A DNA stretch of 64,000 nt from Haliotis rufescens (Eukaryota), in contig NW_025964334.1 in assembly GCF_023055435.1 (NCBI RefSeq), forward strand, positions 15,376,001 through 15,440,000, read 5' to 3'. The notes beneath the pieces were generated by a model, which saw only the letters and a program-made list of their open reading frames with translations, did not search any database and had not been told where the DNA came from. Every line of letters starts with the position of its first letter. Position 1 is the first letter of the stretch. The position numbers and the translations under genes are program-made. Shown here in pieces: positions 62,025-64,000 of the stretch.

Positions 62025-64000
62025 TGTTGTCATAACAAATCACTCAGCAGTGTCAGTGAATATATTAACGACACTCCGATTTTTTTCACCGTGAAGGAAT
62101 TAATCAGAGAATGTAGTGTAACATATGAAAGGATATTTGACGCCCTTTTCAATGAGTGGTCACACATGATGTCTCAAATCAATTTGAAATTTACGTTGAA
62201 ATTGACAAGTAATTTGCATTTCAAATTTAGGTGAAGAGGCATTCATTGTCCTTCCTCTGACAACAGGGGAGGTCACGATGACATCATACTTCTGACAATG
62301 ACTGTGTATTTAAAGGTGTCATGCCGCATTTATTCTGAATCATCCAATTCTGTGAAATAAATGTAGCTTTAACGTGTGATTTGTCTGTTGACTCACATGA
62401 TATGCAACAGACTGAAACATAAACAGATATCAACGTGCTATTGACGTTGTATTAACACACGCACTGATGCTGATAGTTCAACCAATTCCTCTCTAAAATG
62501 TTTGCAAATATCAATACAGAATGTCCTATGGAAGTGACTGCGATGATCAAATTAAGCAAAGGATGTACATACACCACTGGTGTCTATTTGCATATTCTTT
62601 GGTTACATATTTAGTAATTGGTTAATCAAATAAGACTATTGACGAATCATCGTCGCTGATTTTATAGGAAATGCATATTATCCCTCACTAACGCGGTCAC
62701 TCATTGTGAAATTGTTCTACTATTTCTAAGACCGGATTTATTTTTTTGCATGGATGTGTTCTTTTAGAGTGTGCGTTTGTTTTGCCAGCTGACCAATCAT
62801 TGGATGCAGATGAAATATATTTGCTCATCACTGGCTCATTTACCGTTACCAAGGTTACTAATGAGTCTTGTCAAGCAATCACAGAGAAGCAAACTGACCA
62901 ATCAGCAAGCATCCCACATATACATTAACTTTTTATTGGATGAATTATCGTTGCCATGGAAACATTTATATTGGTGGCACTGAAATTGGTCATGTGGAAG
63001 TGTCATGTTATCCTGTATTTGCAAAGTACCAACAAATGGTATTGACTAGGTGATATGATTTCGTATTGACCGTAATCACGTGAAATTAACAACCGTCACT
63101 GTGTTTGTTGTACACAAAACTTCCTTTTTGAAGCCCGTATCATTTTTCTTTTTTTTGGTCATCAATTTCGTCCACATTCAAATGTTTATTCACATCTTTA
63201 AGTGGGACAGGGGATAAGCAAAACTGATCAATCGTCAATTTCAATTGGGCATCAGCTGACTGGTGTTGGTTTCTCTGAGAGGAATCTATTCCATGGTGTT
63301 TATTTCTTTGTCGCTGGATATTTATCAGTTTTCATTGACTGCTAATCTATGAAAAGAAACCGCGGCAGACATCTGCACTTAAGATTAAAAACACTCAGTT
63401 GCAGATTAAGGGTGAATTTATTTACCTTTCCTTTCCAAATGAGTAAACTTCAAAGAAAGATATAATCAGCGCCTCCTATCATACATTTCAAGAAAAATCG
63501 GTATTGTTTTGCAAAATATCTAGGTTAGGGTGTTGAGTTTTTTAGAACTGTGTATTGGTCCGGATATTGGCAGGATATTGTGTTGTGGGGGAGTAGAGCC
63601 CCTTGATGTTGGTAGGCCACAGGTCGGTCCTGCTGGATATTGACGCATTGTTATAATTGTTGATTTCATTCATCAATTTTACATGCCGATTCACTGGCTG
63701 TTGTGCAGGCTGGTTATTTAATATCCTGCATAGATTATGATGTAGATTGCACACTTGTGTGTTTCCTGATGGGTGCTATTGGTTTGTGGAAACTGATCTG
63801 GTCAATTTCCAGATCAATGCATGCTGTGGTTAAAATATAAAGAGATAAGTATCATTTTATCCGTGTTGATGTTGATTCTGAAGTAATGTTAGACTGATGA
63901 TCTTTAGATTCCATTAAGGCTGAACATTTGAAATTAAGATGAAAAAAATGATTATATGCCACAATATATATATATAAAACTCTTAGATGCCTAATTTTTT

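Overview
This is AT-rich, repeat-dense eukaryotic (metazoan) DNA. I found no credible protein-coding exon: nearly all long ORFs in the track are translations of minisatellites or SINEs. The repeat complement (Meta/MESC-type, V-type and L2-tailed SINEs) points to a mollusc, probably a gastropod such as abalone; that assignment is from recollection and is not verified. Content: (i) about 25 copies or fragments of five SINE-like families, many with clean 12-15 bp target-site duplications (TSDs); (ii) several MITEs, including a 517-bp element with a 10-bp TSD and a RecQ-type helicase remnant (AcademH-like); (iii) an inverted repeat carrying Penelope-type minimal hammerhead motifs; (iv) about a dozen mini/microsatellite arrays and one 150-N gap. 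Best leads: (1) two near-identical + strand recursive-splice-site ('ratchet point') architectures at 19589/19590 and 61977/61978, suggesting the window lies inside one giant, recursively spliced intron; (2) a SINE-like family with no tRNA head, a precise 5' end and a structured, ribozyme-like 5' domain, a variant of which has been amplified into a 3.4-kb array of roughly 70 units that keeps the main stem through compensatory changes.
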